Assembly: GCF_963921235.1 (NCBI RefSeq)
Contig: NC_086097.1
Span: forward strand, 245,150,001 to 245,214,000
Length of the DNA stretch: 64,000 nucleotides
Direction: 5' to 3'
Origin: Mobula hypostoma
Lineage: Eukaryota
Positions within the stretch are counted from its first letter, which is position 1; the number at the start of each line of letters is the position of its first letter. A model generated the notes under the pieces. The model saw only the letters and a list, made by a program, of their open reading frames with translations. It ran no database searches and had not been told where the DNA came from. A program made the position numbers and the translations under genes. Below are positions 36,040-49,349 of the stretch, piece by piece.

Positions 36040-38415
36040 AAAATGCATTTCCATTCGCTTAAGAACAGCAATGGCTGGAGTTTCTGGAGGCAATTCAGAA
36101 GGCGCAGTCGTGCACCTTTTCACCGGCCTCTGGCTAAAGAAATTCCTCCTCACCTCCATTCTAAATGGACATCCCTCTAGTCACTGGCAGCCAACCAAAA
36201 AAGGCTTCCTTTATTCCCACTCTTGTCTCCTGCCAACCAGTCAATCCTCTATCCTCAGAATAGAGGGACAACCATTTAGAACAGAGATGAGGAGGGATTT
36301 CTTTAGCTAGAGGGTGCTGAATCTGTGGAATTCTTTGCCACAGATGGCTGCGGAGGCCAAGTCAGTGAGTTTATTTAAAGCAGAGGTTGAGAGGTAAAGC
36401 CAATTTTGCTTGCTGTCTGTGATATTCACTCCTCTCTCCAGGGCATCAGAGCCTTTCGCTGTCCTGTTGTTTGGTCAATTTAAGTGCCCGCCTAGACAGA
36501 CTGAAAAGGCAGGATGTCAGTTGGGACGAGAGCCGATTTCACTTGTTCTCTGCAATGTTCATCTCTTTGGTGTTGTGGCTATGAAGATTGCCCCATCTGC
36601 TGTGTTCTGTGCCCGCGAATGTGATGAACTGATAAGCGAGGCTTTGGGCCTACTCCGGGCTGTTCCAGGGTTTGGATCTGCGGTCTCAATTTTGGGTTAG
36701 AATGCCTTTGTTCACAAAGCCATCAATTCTATCATCAAAATCATCGACATATAACATAAATAGAATTGGTGCCAACAGAGACCCCTGTAGAACACCACTA
36801 GCCACCAGCAGCCAACCAGAAAAGACTCCCTTTATTCCCATTCTTTACCTCCTGCCAATCAGCCACTAGAATCTTTCCTATAATACCATGGGCTCATAGT
36901 TTGCTAAGTAGCCTCATGTATGGTACCTTGTCAAAGACCTTTTGAAAATCTAAGTGCATAACATCAATTGATTGTTCTTTGTCTGTCCTGCTTGTTTTCT
37001 CTTCAAAACATTCCAATAGATTTGTCAGGCAAGATGTTCCCTTAAAGAAACCATGCTGACTATGGCCTACTTTATCGTGCATCTGCAAACACCCTGAGAC
37101 CTCATCCTCAGTAATCAACTCCAACATCTTCCCAACCTCTGAGTTCAGACTATCTAGCCTATAGTTTCCTTTCCTCTACCTCTCTCCCTTCTTGAAGAGT
37201 GGAGTGACATTTGCACATTCCAGAATCTGGTATTCTTGAAAGGTCATTACTAATGCCTCCACAATCTCTTCAGCACCTCTTTCAGAACCTTGGAATGTAC
37301 ACCATCTGGTCCAGGTGACTAATCTAACTTCAGACCTTCTCTCTACTAATGGTAACTTCACACATTTCATAACCCTTGACACCTGGAACTTAGCCTTGAC
37401 ACAGTGAAGGCTGATGCAAAATACTTAATCTGTTCATCTGCCATTTCCTTGTCCCCCATTACTATGTCTCCAGCATCATTTTCCAGCCATTCGATATCCA
37501 CATTCTCTTTTACACTTTATGTATCTTCAATATTATTGGCTAGCTTTCTTTTGTATTCCATCTTTACCTTCTTAATGACATTTAGTAGCCTTCTGTTGGT
37601 TCTTAAAAGCTTCATAATCCTCTAACTTCGCACTAATTTTTGCTCTATTATATGCCCTCTCTTTGACTGTTATGTTGGCTTCGACTTCTCTTGTTAGCTG
37701 TGTCACCTTTCCTTTAGAATACTTCTTCCTCTTTGGGATGTATATATCCTGTGCCTTCTGAATTGCTTCCTGAAATTCCAGCCGTTGCTGCTCTGCCATC
37801 ATCCCCGCCCTGGAATTGAACTCCAAACTCCAGAGCTGTAATAGCAGCACGCTAACCACCATGGCTCCCATTAACCCTTGCCTTGCTGCAGTTTCCACAA
37901 AGGCACCACATCTGCTGTCCTCCAGCCATCTGACATCCTGCACGGGGGCAAAATCATTTTTCTCAGAATCTAATTCCTTCTGCCAATTCTTTGCTCATTT
38001 GGCGAACATGAGATGGCACAATTTTAAAGTGCTTGGAAGTAAAGATCTAAGCCTAGGTAGTTCCAAGGTAAGAACATGTTCAGCACAGCTTTGTGGGCCA
38101 AAGGGCCTGTATTGTGCTGTAGGTTTTCTATGTTTCTATGTTTCTATCAGTTTCCAGTGGTCAGATATACACTCTTGACTCTCTTTTATTCCGCATATAT
38201 TTGAAAAAACCTTTTGGTATCCTCATTTATCTTATTGGCTAGCTTTCCTTCATATTTCATCTTTTCTCTCCTTTTGGCTCTTTTAGTTGCCTTCTTAAAA
38301 GCTTCTCAATCCTCTAACTTCCCATTAATTTTTACTATATTATTTTCCTGTTATGCTATCTTTGACAACTCTTGTCAGCCATGGCTGCCTCTCCTTCCTT
38401 TAGAATACTTCTTAA
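36040..38415. mobile_element. Cluster of decayed CR1 fragments, mostly minus strand
   Basis: QHGFFKGTSCLTNLLECFE, DFQKVFDKVP and NVTPLFKKG motifs. Confidence 0.75.
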
Positions 38416-38867
38416 CACCCCCAGGTTCAGGAACAGTTATTATCCCTCAACTAGTAGTCTCCTGAACCAGTGTGGATAACTTCACTCACCTCAACCCTGA
38501 ATTGATTCCACAACCTACAAACTCACTTTCAAGGACTTTTTGTTAATCTTTGTTTATGCATAATTTTCATAAATTTTATGGTATTTCTTATTTTCCTCTA
38601 CATGCCTGCAAGAAAATAAATCTTAAGTTAGTATATGGTGACATATTTACAATTTAATAATAAATTCACTTTGACTTTTATTTCAAACCATTATTTGAGT
38701 ATTGCGAACAAGTCAGGTCTCTTTACACAAAGAATAGAGGTGCTGGAGAAGATGCACAAGATTTACAGGACAGGAACCAGAAATAAGAGGATAAAACTGA
38801 AAATCTGAACCATTTTTAAATTTCTCTTTAGCACTTAATCTCCAAGAAAACAAACTTATTTTTATTG

Positions 38868-39836
38868 TGTGAGAGGATCCAGGAGTGCCCCTATTAACTG
38901 TTTGGAGAGAGACATTTATCATTGATGGTTTGTTTGGAAAGGAGAGAGAGACAGAGTTATTTACCACCGATATGTTGCTTTTGGAAAAGAGAGAGAGAGA
39001 GATGAAGATCAACGGTTGGACTGTCACTTTAAGGCATTGGAAGTAATTTTGGATTTCTACTGAGTTTGGAGTTGGAGACAGCACCGAGCAGCTCGAAGGT
39101 TGCTATGGTGACCAAAGGCAGATTGTTGATATTACTTTCAAGGACTTGTTGCCTGCTTGTGCACTTCTTCACAGACAAAGGAAGGAAGGACTCTTTGAAT
39201 GACAGGTAATGCTCAGCACAGAGAAATAAATGGGAGGTCAGATGATACAGACCTCAGACACATGATCTGGACACTGAATGAGCATTGTTGTGCCCGCAGA
39301 GAAAGTGGGTTTTGGAGGATCGATCAGGCAGATCGATTCCAAATTGCTATTCCAACATAGGAGAAGGGATTGACTGGTGGGGAGTTGTCTATGTGTCCAC
39401 CCTTGCCGGGGTGATAGTTCCACCACAGGAAAACTGGTCCCCCTGGTTAAACTCACAGTCGGTGACTTGTAAAGGATTTCGGAGGACGACGAGGAGATCA
39501 ACGGCATCAGCTCACCTGAAGACTCAACTCACTCTCTCTCTCTCTCTCTCCCCATCGCTACTCAACTAAATACCACGAACTGAACTGAACTGAACTTTAC
39601 CCAACATCGTAAGACTGTATCTTTTTACCCCCAGACTTAAAGAAGCTTGGTTTTCACACATATATATTCCACACTTACTTTTATACATAATCATTGCTAA
39701 CCTGTGTGATTTATCTACATTGATATTACTGCATTGCGTAGTTACTAATAAATATTATTAGTTTATAGCAATACGAGACTGCAAAGTGGTTTCTATTTCT
39801 GCTGGTTTCTTTATCTCCGTCACGGGGTACGTGACA
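38868..39836 (+). mobile_element. Solo LTR (probably Gypsy) with 4-bp TSD ATTG
   Basis: TGTGA...GTGACA termini flanked by ATTG at 38864-38867 and 39837-39840; AATAAA at ~39747; homologous to 62024-63125. Confidence 0.85.
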
Positions 39837-39864
39837 ATTGCATGTTGTAAATGCCTATTTGCAT

Positions 39865-41100
39865 ATAAGACCATAAGACCATAAAATGTAGGAACAGTAT
39901 TGCCTAATGGCCATTTGGTCTATCGAATTTGCTCTGCCATTTCAACATGGCTGATCTAATATTCCTTTCAGTCCTAATCTCCTGCCTTCTTCCCATATTC
40001 CTTCATGCCCTGATCAATAAAGAATCTATCAACCTCAGCCTTAAATATACATAAGAGACTTGGCCTCCACAGCTGCCTGTGGCAAAGAATTCCACATACT
40101 CACCATTCTCCGGCTAAAGAAATTCCACCTCATCTCCGTTCTAAAAGGACGCCCCTCTCTTCTGAGGCTGTGTCGTCTGCTCTTAGACTTACCCAACATA
40201 GGAAACATCCTCTCCCCTTCCACTCTTTCAAGGCCTTTCACCACTTGATAGGTTTCAATGAGGGCATGTCTTATTCTTCTGAATTCTAATGAATACATGC
40301 CGAAAGCCATCAAACGCACTTCATATGACAAGCCATTCAATCCTGGAATCATTTTTGTGAACCTCCTTTGAACCTTCTCCAGTTTCAGTATATCCTTTCT
40401 AAGAACCTGCTCACTATACCCCAAGTATGGCCTCACCAGTGCTTTACAAAGTTTCAACATTACATCCTTGCTTTTATATTCCAGACCTCTTAATAATGAA
40501 TGCTAACATTGCATTTGCCCTCCTCACCACAGACTCAATCTGAAAATTAACCTTTGGGGTATCCTGCACAAGGACTTCCATGTCCCTTTGCACCTCAGGT
40601 TTTTTTATATATTTTCTCTCCATTTAGAAAATAGTCAACTCTTTCCTTTCTTCTACCAGAGTGCATGACCTTACACTTCCCAACATTGTATTCCATCTGC
40701 CATTTCTTTGTCCATTCTGCTAATCAGTCTAAGTCCTTCTGTAGCCTCTCTAGTTGCTCAAAACTACCTGCCCCTCCACCTATCTTCATATCGTCTGCAA
40801 ACTTTGCAACAAAACATCAATTCCACTATCGAAATCATTGACATGTAACATAAAAAAAGAATCAGTCCCAACACAGAACCCTGTAGACCATCACTAGTCA
40901 CCAGCAGCCAGTTAGAAAAGGCTCCCTTTATTCCCACTCTTTGTCTCCTGCCAATCACCCACTGCTTTATCCATGCTAGAATCTTTCCTGTTATACCATG
41001 GGTCTGTAGCTTGTTAAGCAGCCTCATGTGTGGCACTTTGTCAAAGGCCTTCTGAAAATCCAAGTACACAACATCAACTGATTCTCCTTCGTCTATTCTG
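39865..41100 (-). mobile_element. Older CR1 RT fragment
   Basis: VDVVYLDFQKAFDKVPH; (ATAAGACC)n tail. Confidence 0.85.
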
Positions 41101-41688
41101 TCATTTACCGCTGCAATACTGCCAGTTGCTGTCACATGATTAGCTGATTAGATATTTGCATTAATGAGCAGGTGTAATAAGTTTGCCAAAAGTAAAAAAG
41201 AAGATATTACCTATATCAGGGAGCCAACGGCAGATAATGCGAAGTTATGAATTGACAGACATTTCCAGGTCCTGTTGCTTTGTCAATGGTTGGAAACACC
41301 TTCAAAACAGAAAAGCAATGTAACTTGACATTCCTGTGACAGCATTCAAACTCCTTACCATTCAAACACTGTTGTGTTAGCCACGACATAATCCAGGCAA
41401 GTTCGATATTGTGTACAAGGGTTTTCCAAGACTAAAGCATGAATATAAAATGGAGCCCTAATACTTGCTAGAAATTCGACAGTTAGTCTGGAACCGCAGA
41501 TTGAAGAGAGCTAAAGAAACCAAAGCAACACCGACACAACGCTGGAGGAACTCAGCAGGTCAGGGTGCGTCTATGGAGGGGAATAAATAGTTGACGTTTC
41601 AAGCCAAGGCCTTTCTTCAGGACTGGAAAGGAAGGGAGAAGTTGCCAGAATAAAAAGGAGATGGGGGGGGTGGGGGTGAAGGAGGATA

Positions 41689-42069
41689 AATCAGTGGTAG
41701 CAGATCATTTCATTTGAAGTAGCCATAGGATTGACTTCAATAGCACAAAACTACTGTGCCACGCCAATGGCTTTTGAGACCACTTGGTAAAGGAAGACAT
41801 TGAAATAAAACTAGAAGAAAAGAATTTTAACAAAGGTGAAGGTCTCACTCTAAGTAAGAACTGGAATTCGATTGTAAATAAGGTGGTAGAGTGGAAACCT
41901 GATTGGATAAGAACCAACCAATCAGGAGTCACAAAATACAGAGGTATAAATACCACCAGACTAGACATACCTAGGCATCATCCCTGAAGAAGATGGCAGA
42001 GCAAGTCATTGAAATGTCGGTTATAATCAATACCTGTACCAAGCTTGAAGCCCGAGGAGAGTTTATTCA
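41689..42069 (+). mobile_element. Poseidon-type PLE 3' end with 11-bp TSD GAAGGAGGATA
   Basis: LVKEDIEIKLEEKNFNKGEGLTLSKNWNSI; hammerhead-like CTGAAGA..GAAATGTC at ~41984-42018; TSD at 41678-41688 and 42070-42080. Confidence 0.8.
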
Positions 42070-42224
42070 GAAGGAGGATAGCTAGAAGGTAATAGGTGAA
42101 GCTAGGTAGGTAGGAAAGGTAAAGAGATGGAGAAGACGGAGTGTGATAAGAGAGGAGAGAAGACCATAGCAGAAAGGGAAGGGGTAGGGGACCCAGGGGG
42201 AGGTGATAGGCAGATGAGAAGAGG

Positions 42225-43091
42225 AGCCCTAACACTCCTTAATTCAATTCAACTTAATTCAACTTCCAAACACTCCTTAATTCAATTTAAAGTTGTCCAT
42301 AGAGTACACATGTCTAAAGATAAATTAGCTCATTTTTATTCTCATATTAACCCTCTTTGTGATAGATGTCATGGCGAGATAGCCTCCTTGACCCGTATGT
42401 TTTGGTCCTGTCCTACTCTGGAAACTTTTTGGAAAGACATTTTTAATATTATTTCAAAGGTTTTGAATAGTGATATTTCTCCCCATCCTATTACTGCTAT
42501 CTTTGGATTATCTAAAACTTCTAGTAATTTATCCCCCTCAGCGCATAGAATGATTGCATTTCTTACTTTAATGGCGAAAAGCTGTATTTTACAACATTGG
42601 AAGGAGATTAACGCCCCAACTACGTTTTTTTGGTTCTCTCAAATGATACTGTGTCTAAATTTGGAAAAAATCATTAGTAATTTTTATGATACTTCAGTTA
42701 AATTTGAACAGACCTGGAGATCTTTTATTCAATATTTTCATTCAATGTAACTATTTTTTTTCTCTCCCTTAGTGGAGGTCGGGTTTGAGGACGTGATTGT
42801 TTAATCTGTTTAAGTCTACTATTTACCTAGCTAGCTCATTGCTTTGCTTTGTCACTTAGTGGCACAGTAGTTTTTTTTTGGGGGGGTGGTTTCTGTTTTT
42901 TTTTCTCCTTACCATTATATATGGAAAACTAGTATACAATTATATTACCTTGTTATTTTATAACTAACCTATGTTGTTTTCATTGTTTTTTTTGTATTAA
43001 TATTTCTTGTATATCTATATCCTAACAATGTATTGGTTGCTATATGTTTTACCTTGTGTGTACTAATTCAATAGAAAGATTTAAAAAGAAA
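42225..43091 (+). mobile_element. L1-clade LINE 3' end (CCHC zinc-finger region) with TSD GAGAAGAGG
   Basis: LIQFKVVHR..NPLCDRC..ASLT(H/R)MFWSCP.L..FW; T-rich 3'UTR, A-rich tail; TSD at 42216-42224 and 43092-43100. Confidence 0.85.
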
Positions 43092-43629
43092 GAGAAGAGG
43101 TCAGAGAGGTGAATAGAAGAAGAGGGGAGGGAGGAGAATTTTTTTTAACAGAAAAGAGAATTCTATATTCATGCCATCAGATTGGAGGTTACCCAGATGT
43201 TTATTAGGTGCATCAAAAATCAAACTTACAAAAATAGTGAAAAGAAAACTGGCCAATATTTATAAAAAGTTATTTACTAGAAAACACAATAATAGATCCA
43301 TACTTTGTCCAGTGTGAACCCGATCTGTGCCAACCAACTTGCGGAAGTTTTCAAGGACATCTTCAATCCCTCGGTGCTGCAGTTGGAAATTCCCACTTGT
43401 TTCAAACGGGTGGCAATCATACCAGTGCCCAAGAAGATCAGGGTGAGCAGCCTCAACGACTATCGCCCAGTGGCCACCACATTGACTGTGATAAAGTGCT
43501 TAGAGAGCTAGAATTATCTCCTAAGCAAGGACCGGGACCCTCTACAATTTGCCAATCACCACAATAGGTCTACAGTGGATACAATCTCATTGGCTCTCAA
43601 TGGCCTTGGATCACCTGGACAATACTAAT

Positions 43630-44281
43630 ATGATTATGATTATTATGATTATGAGGACATGCAGTCCCCTTTTATTCTCATTTAGTAATGCATGCATTAA
43701 GAAATGATACAATGTTTTTCCAAAATGATATCACAGAAACCCATGACAAACCGACTTAAAAACGAACAAAAACCACATAATTATAACATATAGTTATGAC
43801 AGTGCAAAGCAATACCGTAATTTGATAAGAACAGACCATGGCACAGTAAAGGTCTCAGAGTCTCTCGAAAGTCCCATCATCTCACACAGACGGTGAACCT
43901 CCAGCGCCGCCAACTTGCCGGTGCACCATCCTGGAAGCATCAGACCACAGTCCGACTCCGAGTCCGTCCGAAAAACTTCGAGCCTCCAACCAGCTCTCCG
44001 ACACCGAGCACCATCTCTGCCGAGCGTTTCGACCCCGGCCCCGGCAACAGGTGATACGCAAAACCGAGGATTTGGGGCCTTCGTCTCCAGAGATTCTCAA
44101 TCGCACAGTAGCAGCGGCAGCAAAGCGGGCATTTCAGAAGTTACTCCAGATGTTCCTCTGCGCTTCTCACGGCCGTCTCCATCAAATCCGGATTGTGCAC
44201 GGCACCCCTAGTTACACATATTCGATATTCACTTGGAACAGCCGCGCGCGCTGCGTCGTGCCGCCATCTTCTCCTCCCTCC
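43630..44281 (-). mobile_element. Non-coding ~650-bp retroposon with a YY1-motif head and (ATAATC)n tail
   Basis: 5' end GGGAGGGAGGAGAAGATGGCGGC; homologous copies at 46897-47532 and 55015-55536. Confidence 0.75.
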
Positions 44282-44293
44282 CAATATTTACTC

Positions 44294-45140
44294 TTCCTTT
44301 TTAAATCTTTTTATTGAATTAGTAGACAAAAGGTAAACCATATAGGCACTGATACACTGTTGCAATATAACTTTACAAGAGGTATTAATACACAAAAAGT
44401 AGTTAGTACAAACAGTGCAGTTTAGATATAAAATAACAAGGTAATTTAATAGTATACTAATTTTCAAACATGTCAATAAGGAAAAGGAAAAAAAAACCCT
44501 AAACCCCCCCCCAAAAAAAACCCACCATGCAACTAAACTAAAAAGCAAAGCAAAGCAATGGGCTAACTAGGTATCAAGTAGAGTTAAACAACTTAAAACA
44601 ATCACGTCCTCAAACCCGACCTCCATTAAAAACAGTTAAAAAGCAAGAAGGGAATGTAAATATGGACAGAGAAAGTAAAAAAGTTACATTAAATGAAAAT
44701 GTTGAATAAAAGATCTCCAGGTCTGTTCAAATTTAACTGAAGAATCATAAAGATTACTTCTAATTTTCTCCAAATTTAAACATAGTATCATCTGGGAAAA
44801 CCAAAAGAATGTAGTTGGAGCATTAATCTCCATCCAATGTTGTAAAATACATCTTTTCGCCATTTAAGTAAGAAATGCAATCAATCTACAGGCTGAAGGG
44901 GAAAGATTACTGGAAATTTTAGGTAATCCAAAGATAGCAGTAATAGAATGGGGAGAGATATCTATATTCAATACCTTTGAAATAACATTAAAAATGTCTT
45001 TCCAAAAAGTTTCCAAAGTAGGACAGGCCCAAAACATATGAGTTAAGGAAGCTATCTCCCCATGACATCTGTCACAAAGAGGGTTAATATGAGAATAAAA
45101 ATGAGCTAATTTATCTTTAGACCTATGTGCTCTATGGACA
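44294..45140 (-). mobile_element. L1-clade LINE 3' end with 17-bp TSD CCTCCCAATATTTACTC
   Basis: Same family as 42225-43091 (CDRC..HMFWACP); TSD at 44277-44293 and 45141-45157. Confidence 0.88.
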
Positions 45141-46896
45141 CCTCCCAATATTTACTCAAGCTGCTGTTTATAGACTACAGCTCAGCATTCAACACAATCA
45201 TAGCCTCAGTTCCAACTAAGAAGTCCAGTTAAAAACTTGGACTTCTGTACCTCCCTCTGCAGCTGGATTCTTGACTTCCTCACTGGAAGACCACAGTCTG
45301 TAAGGATGGGAAATAACTTCTCATCCTCTCAGACAAACAGCACTGGTGCACCTCAAGGATGTGTACATAGCCCACTGCTCTACTCTCTCTACACCCACGA
45401 CTGTGTGGCGAGGCATAGCTCAAACACCATCTATAAATTGCTGATGATGCAGCTACAGTTGGCAGAATTTGAGATGACAATGAGGAAGCATACAGGAACA
45501 AGATGGATCAGCTGGCTGAGTGGCATTACAGCAGCAACCTTGCACTTAACATCAATAAGACCAAGAAATTGATTTTAAACTTCAGGAATGGTAAGTCAAG
45601 GGAACACACACCAGTGCTCATCCAGGGATTAGAAGTGGAAAGAGTGAGCAGTTTCAAGTTCTGTGTGTCAACATCCCTGAGGATCTATTGATCAATAGAG
45701 TGGGTCCAACATGTTGATGCAATTACAAAGAAGGCACACCAGTGGCTACATTTCATTTGGAGTTTGTGGGGAATTGATATGTCACAAAAGACACCTGCAA
45801 AGTTCCACCGATGTACCGTGAAGAGCATTCTAACTGGTTGCATCACCCTCTGGTACAGTAGGGTCACTGTACAGAACCAGGGAAGCTGAAAACTCAGCCA
45901 ACCCCACCATGAGTACTAGCCTTCACAGCATCCTGGAAACCTCCAAAAGGCGATGCCTCATAAAGACACCCATTTCCCAGTCCATGCCTTCTTCTCATTG
46001 CTAACAAGAAGGAGGAGGTACAGGGGCCTGAAGACATCCACTCATCTACCATGGTCCTGAAAAACGTTGTCTCGTTTTTGCTGTGTACTGTACCAGCAGT
46101 TATGGTCGAAAAGACAATAAAAAGTGACTTGACTTGATAGCAGGAACTGCTTCTTCCCGTTCACCATCAGATTTCTGAATGGACAATGATCCCATGAACA
46201 CTCTCTCAGTACTTTTCCTTCTCTTGTTGTAATACTTACTCGATTTATTTAATATATACTTCTTATTGTAATTTATAGTTTTTATTACTACTGCAAAACA
46301 ACAAATTTCTTGACATATGCTAATGACATTAAACCTGATTCTGTACTGTTCTATGTTCTATTTTCTATGATATATTCGAAGAGAGGAGCCAAGCTAAGAA
46401 CCAGAAAATATTAATGTAATGGCATATACAAGGTAATTGGTGTATGCCATGATGACAAATTTCAAGTCCTCGACATTTCTGCTTTCAAAGGGTAATGCAA
46501 AGAATCTTGTCAGATCTGCTTGTTTATTGGTTTGTAAACCAAATAACAAAGCTGGCCAGTGGTGTAGTGGTATCAGCACCAGACAACAGAACAACTCACC
46601 CTTGTAAAAAACAGACAAATTCTAAGGAAACAGCAAAAAAATGTCACCCATTGCACAACACAGCATGAAAATGAACAAAAAGACCCCCAAGTAATAATTA
46701 CAGCAATAATATCTTCTCAAGTTCATCAATTAATTTAGGGGTCTTTTTGTTCATTTTTATGCCGTGTTGTGCAATAGATGACATTTTTTGCTGTTTCTTT
46801 AGTATTTGTCTGTTTTTTACAAGGGTGAGTTGCTATCTTGACACTAAACCCAGCACAGATGGAAAGTGTGCAAGAAGCCAGCCGGTGTTGAACCCA

Positions 46897-47532
46897 GGGA
46901 GGAGGGAGGAGAAGATGGCAGCGCGACGCAGCACGCGCAGCTCTCCGGTGAAATGATATCGTTTCTGTTAAATAGGGGCCGTGGACAATTCTGATTTGAT
47001 GAAAACAGATGTGAGAAGCAGAGGAACATCTGGAGAAATGTCTGAAATGCCTAGTTTGCTGCCATTACTACTGTGTGATTGAGAATCTCCAGAGGGAAGG
47101 CCCCAAAATCCCCGGCTTTGCCTGCTGCAGGTGACCGAGGCTGAGGTTGAAGCATTTGGATAGAGATGGTGCTCGGTACTCGGTGTCGGAGAGCTGATCA
47201 GAGCTCGAAGCTTTCGGACGACTCAGAGTCGGACTGTGGTCAGCATGGCAGGGAGAGTTTTCTTCCTTCTCCTGTCTGCGTGAGATGTGGGACTTTCGAG
47301 AGACTTTGAACTTTTTTACTGTGCCGTGGACTGTTCTTCATCAAATTATGGTATTGTTTGCACTGTTGTAACTATATGTCATAATTATGTGGTTTTGTTA
47401 GTTTTTCAGTCTTGGTCTGTCCTGTGTTTTGTGATATCACACCGGAGGAATATTGTATCACTTCTTAATGCATGCATTACTCAATGACAATAAAAGAGGA
47501 CTGCATATTCTCATAATCTAATCTAATCTAAT
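46897..47532 (+). mobile_element. Non-coding YY1-headed retroposon, second copy
   Basis: ggagggaggagaagatggcagcgcgacgcagc...atgacaataaaagaggactg..(TAATC)n. Confidence 0.75.
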
Positions 47533-47794
47533 GAAGGATATCTTTGACAGTTCATGTTATTCAAGATATCCTTACTTGCTGCCCGTTATACTGCTGGTGT
47601 TTAGGACGGCAATCTCTGTCTGTCCTTGGCTCTCTTCTCCATTGTGCCCCAGGTGTGGTTCAGGGTCCTCATTCGCAGGTTTCTTCATTGCAACACACAC
47701 TAACTGCTGGAGGAACTCAGCAGGCAAGGCAACAGCCATGAAAACGAAGAAATAGTCGATGTTTTGGGCCAAGATCCTTCTTCAGGTTTCTTCA

Positions 47795-48032
47795 GTGCTG
47801 TTTCTACAACAATTGTTTTTTGACCAGTCAGGGTTGTTAGCCTGAGCGGAACCCGAAACTGGAGGAGCAGTGGACCATTTTAGGTCTGGCCTCTACAATT
47901 TTACCTGTTTGGCATGGGTGACCCACCAAGAATCAAAGTACAAGGCCCTGACTCCAGCCAGCATAGCTTTCTGAATCATTGAGGCATGCAAGCCCCTAAA
48001 CCCTATGACAGGGTTGTTGTCCTCTTGGAGAA
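47795..48032 (-). mobile_element. RTE (Expander/Rex3-like) 5'UTR-derived element
   Basis: Minus strand reads ...gcctcaatga..agctatgctgg..ggtcacccatgccaaacagg..gaggccagac..gctaacaaccctg; second copy at ~55995-56198. Confidence 0.6.
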
Positions 48033-48324
48033 TTCAAGGTATCTACATGAAGATTTTTTTATAGAGCTGTTTCGATCCCATACTCAAGTACAGGAAGTTC
48101 TAGTTCATGATTCTAGACTATTTCCTAATGAGTTTACTCATCAGTGTCTCTGCTCTTCAACATGCCCCAGCGCCCTTCTATTCATTTTGTATTATAGACA
48201 ACATCTACCAACCCACATTCATCAATATTCGCAGTCATCTCTTCAAAGAAAAATTCAATCAGATCAGTAAACGTGATTTTTCACGCACACAGACATGCTG
48301 CCTATCTCTAATGTTGGAGACATC

Positions 48325-49349
48325 GGAGGTACGACAACTCTGGCAGGGTTTGCAAGACATTACTTCCTACAAAGCGAAACCCAATATCATGAATGGCAGT
48401 GATGCTTCACTACCAGATGAACTCGTCGCCGTCTATGCCCACTTTGAAAGGTAGAATATGACTACAGCTGTGAAGATCCCTACTGTCACTGTCTCTGTCT
48501 CAGAGGCCGATGTTAGGCTGTCTTTAGAGCGGGTGAACCCTCTCAAAGTGGTAGGTCCCAATGGAGTACCTGGTAAGGCTCTGAAAACCTGTGCCATCCA
48601 ACAGGCGTGTGTACTCAAGGACATTTTCAGCCTCTCACTGCTACGGGCAGAAGTTCCCACTTGCTTCAGAAAGGTAACACTTATACCAGTGCCTAAGAAG
48701 AATAATGTGGGCTGCCTTAATGACTAGCCTCCAGGAGCACTCACATCTACAGTGAGGAAATGCTTTGAGAGGTTGGTCATGACTAGACTGAACTCTTTCT
48801 TCCGCAAGGACCTGGAACCACTGCAATTTGCCTATCGCCAAAATAGGTCAACAGCAGATGCAATCTCAATGGCTATTCACACAGCATAGACCACCTGGAC
48901 AATACAAACACCTACGTCAGGGTGCTGTTCATCAACTGTAGCTCAGCATTTAATACCATCATTCCCACAATCCTGATTGAGAAGTTACAGAACCTGGGCC
49001 TCTGTACCTCCGTCTGCAATTAGATCCTCGACTTCCTAACCAAAAGACCACAATCTGTGCAGATTGGTGATAATATCTCCTCCTCGCTGACGATCAATAC
49101 TGGTGCACCCCAGAGATGAGTGCTTAGCCCACTGCTCTACTCTCTCTATATCCATGACGATGTGGCTAGGCGTAGCTCAAATACAATTTATAAATTTGCT
49201 GATGATACAACTATTGTTGGTAGAATCTCAGGTGGTGACGAGAGGGCGTACAGGAGTGAGATATACCAGCTCGTTGAGTGGTGTTGCAGCAACAATCTGG
49301 TACTCAACGTCAGTAAGATGGAAGAGTTGATTGTGCACTTCAGGAAGGA
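48325..49349 (+). mobile_element. Rex1/Babar RT fragment
   Basis: LWQGLQDITSYK, GPNGVPGKALK, KFADDTTIVGRI. Confidence 0.85.

Larger units (their letters stand above)
41528..43215 (-). mobile_element. Neptune-type PLE 3' fragment hosting two nested insertions
   Basis: Reverse complement of the 25700-26235 element, including a degenerate hammerhead at ~41588-41625. Confidence 0.75.
43305..46345 (+). mobile_element. Rex1/Babar LINE RT region interrupted by later insertions
   Basis: [27 protein letters not shown] and [20 protein letters not shown] motifs. Confidence 0.85.
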
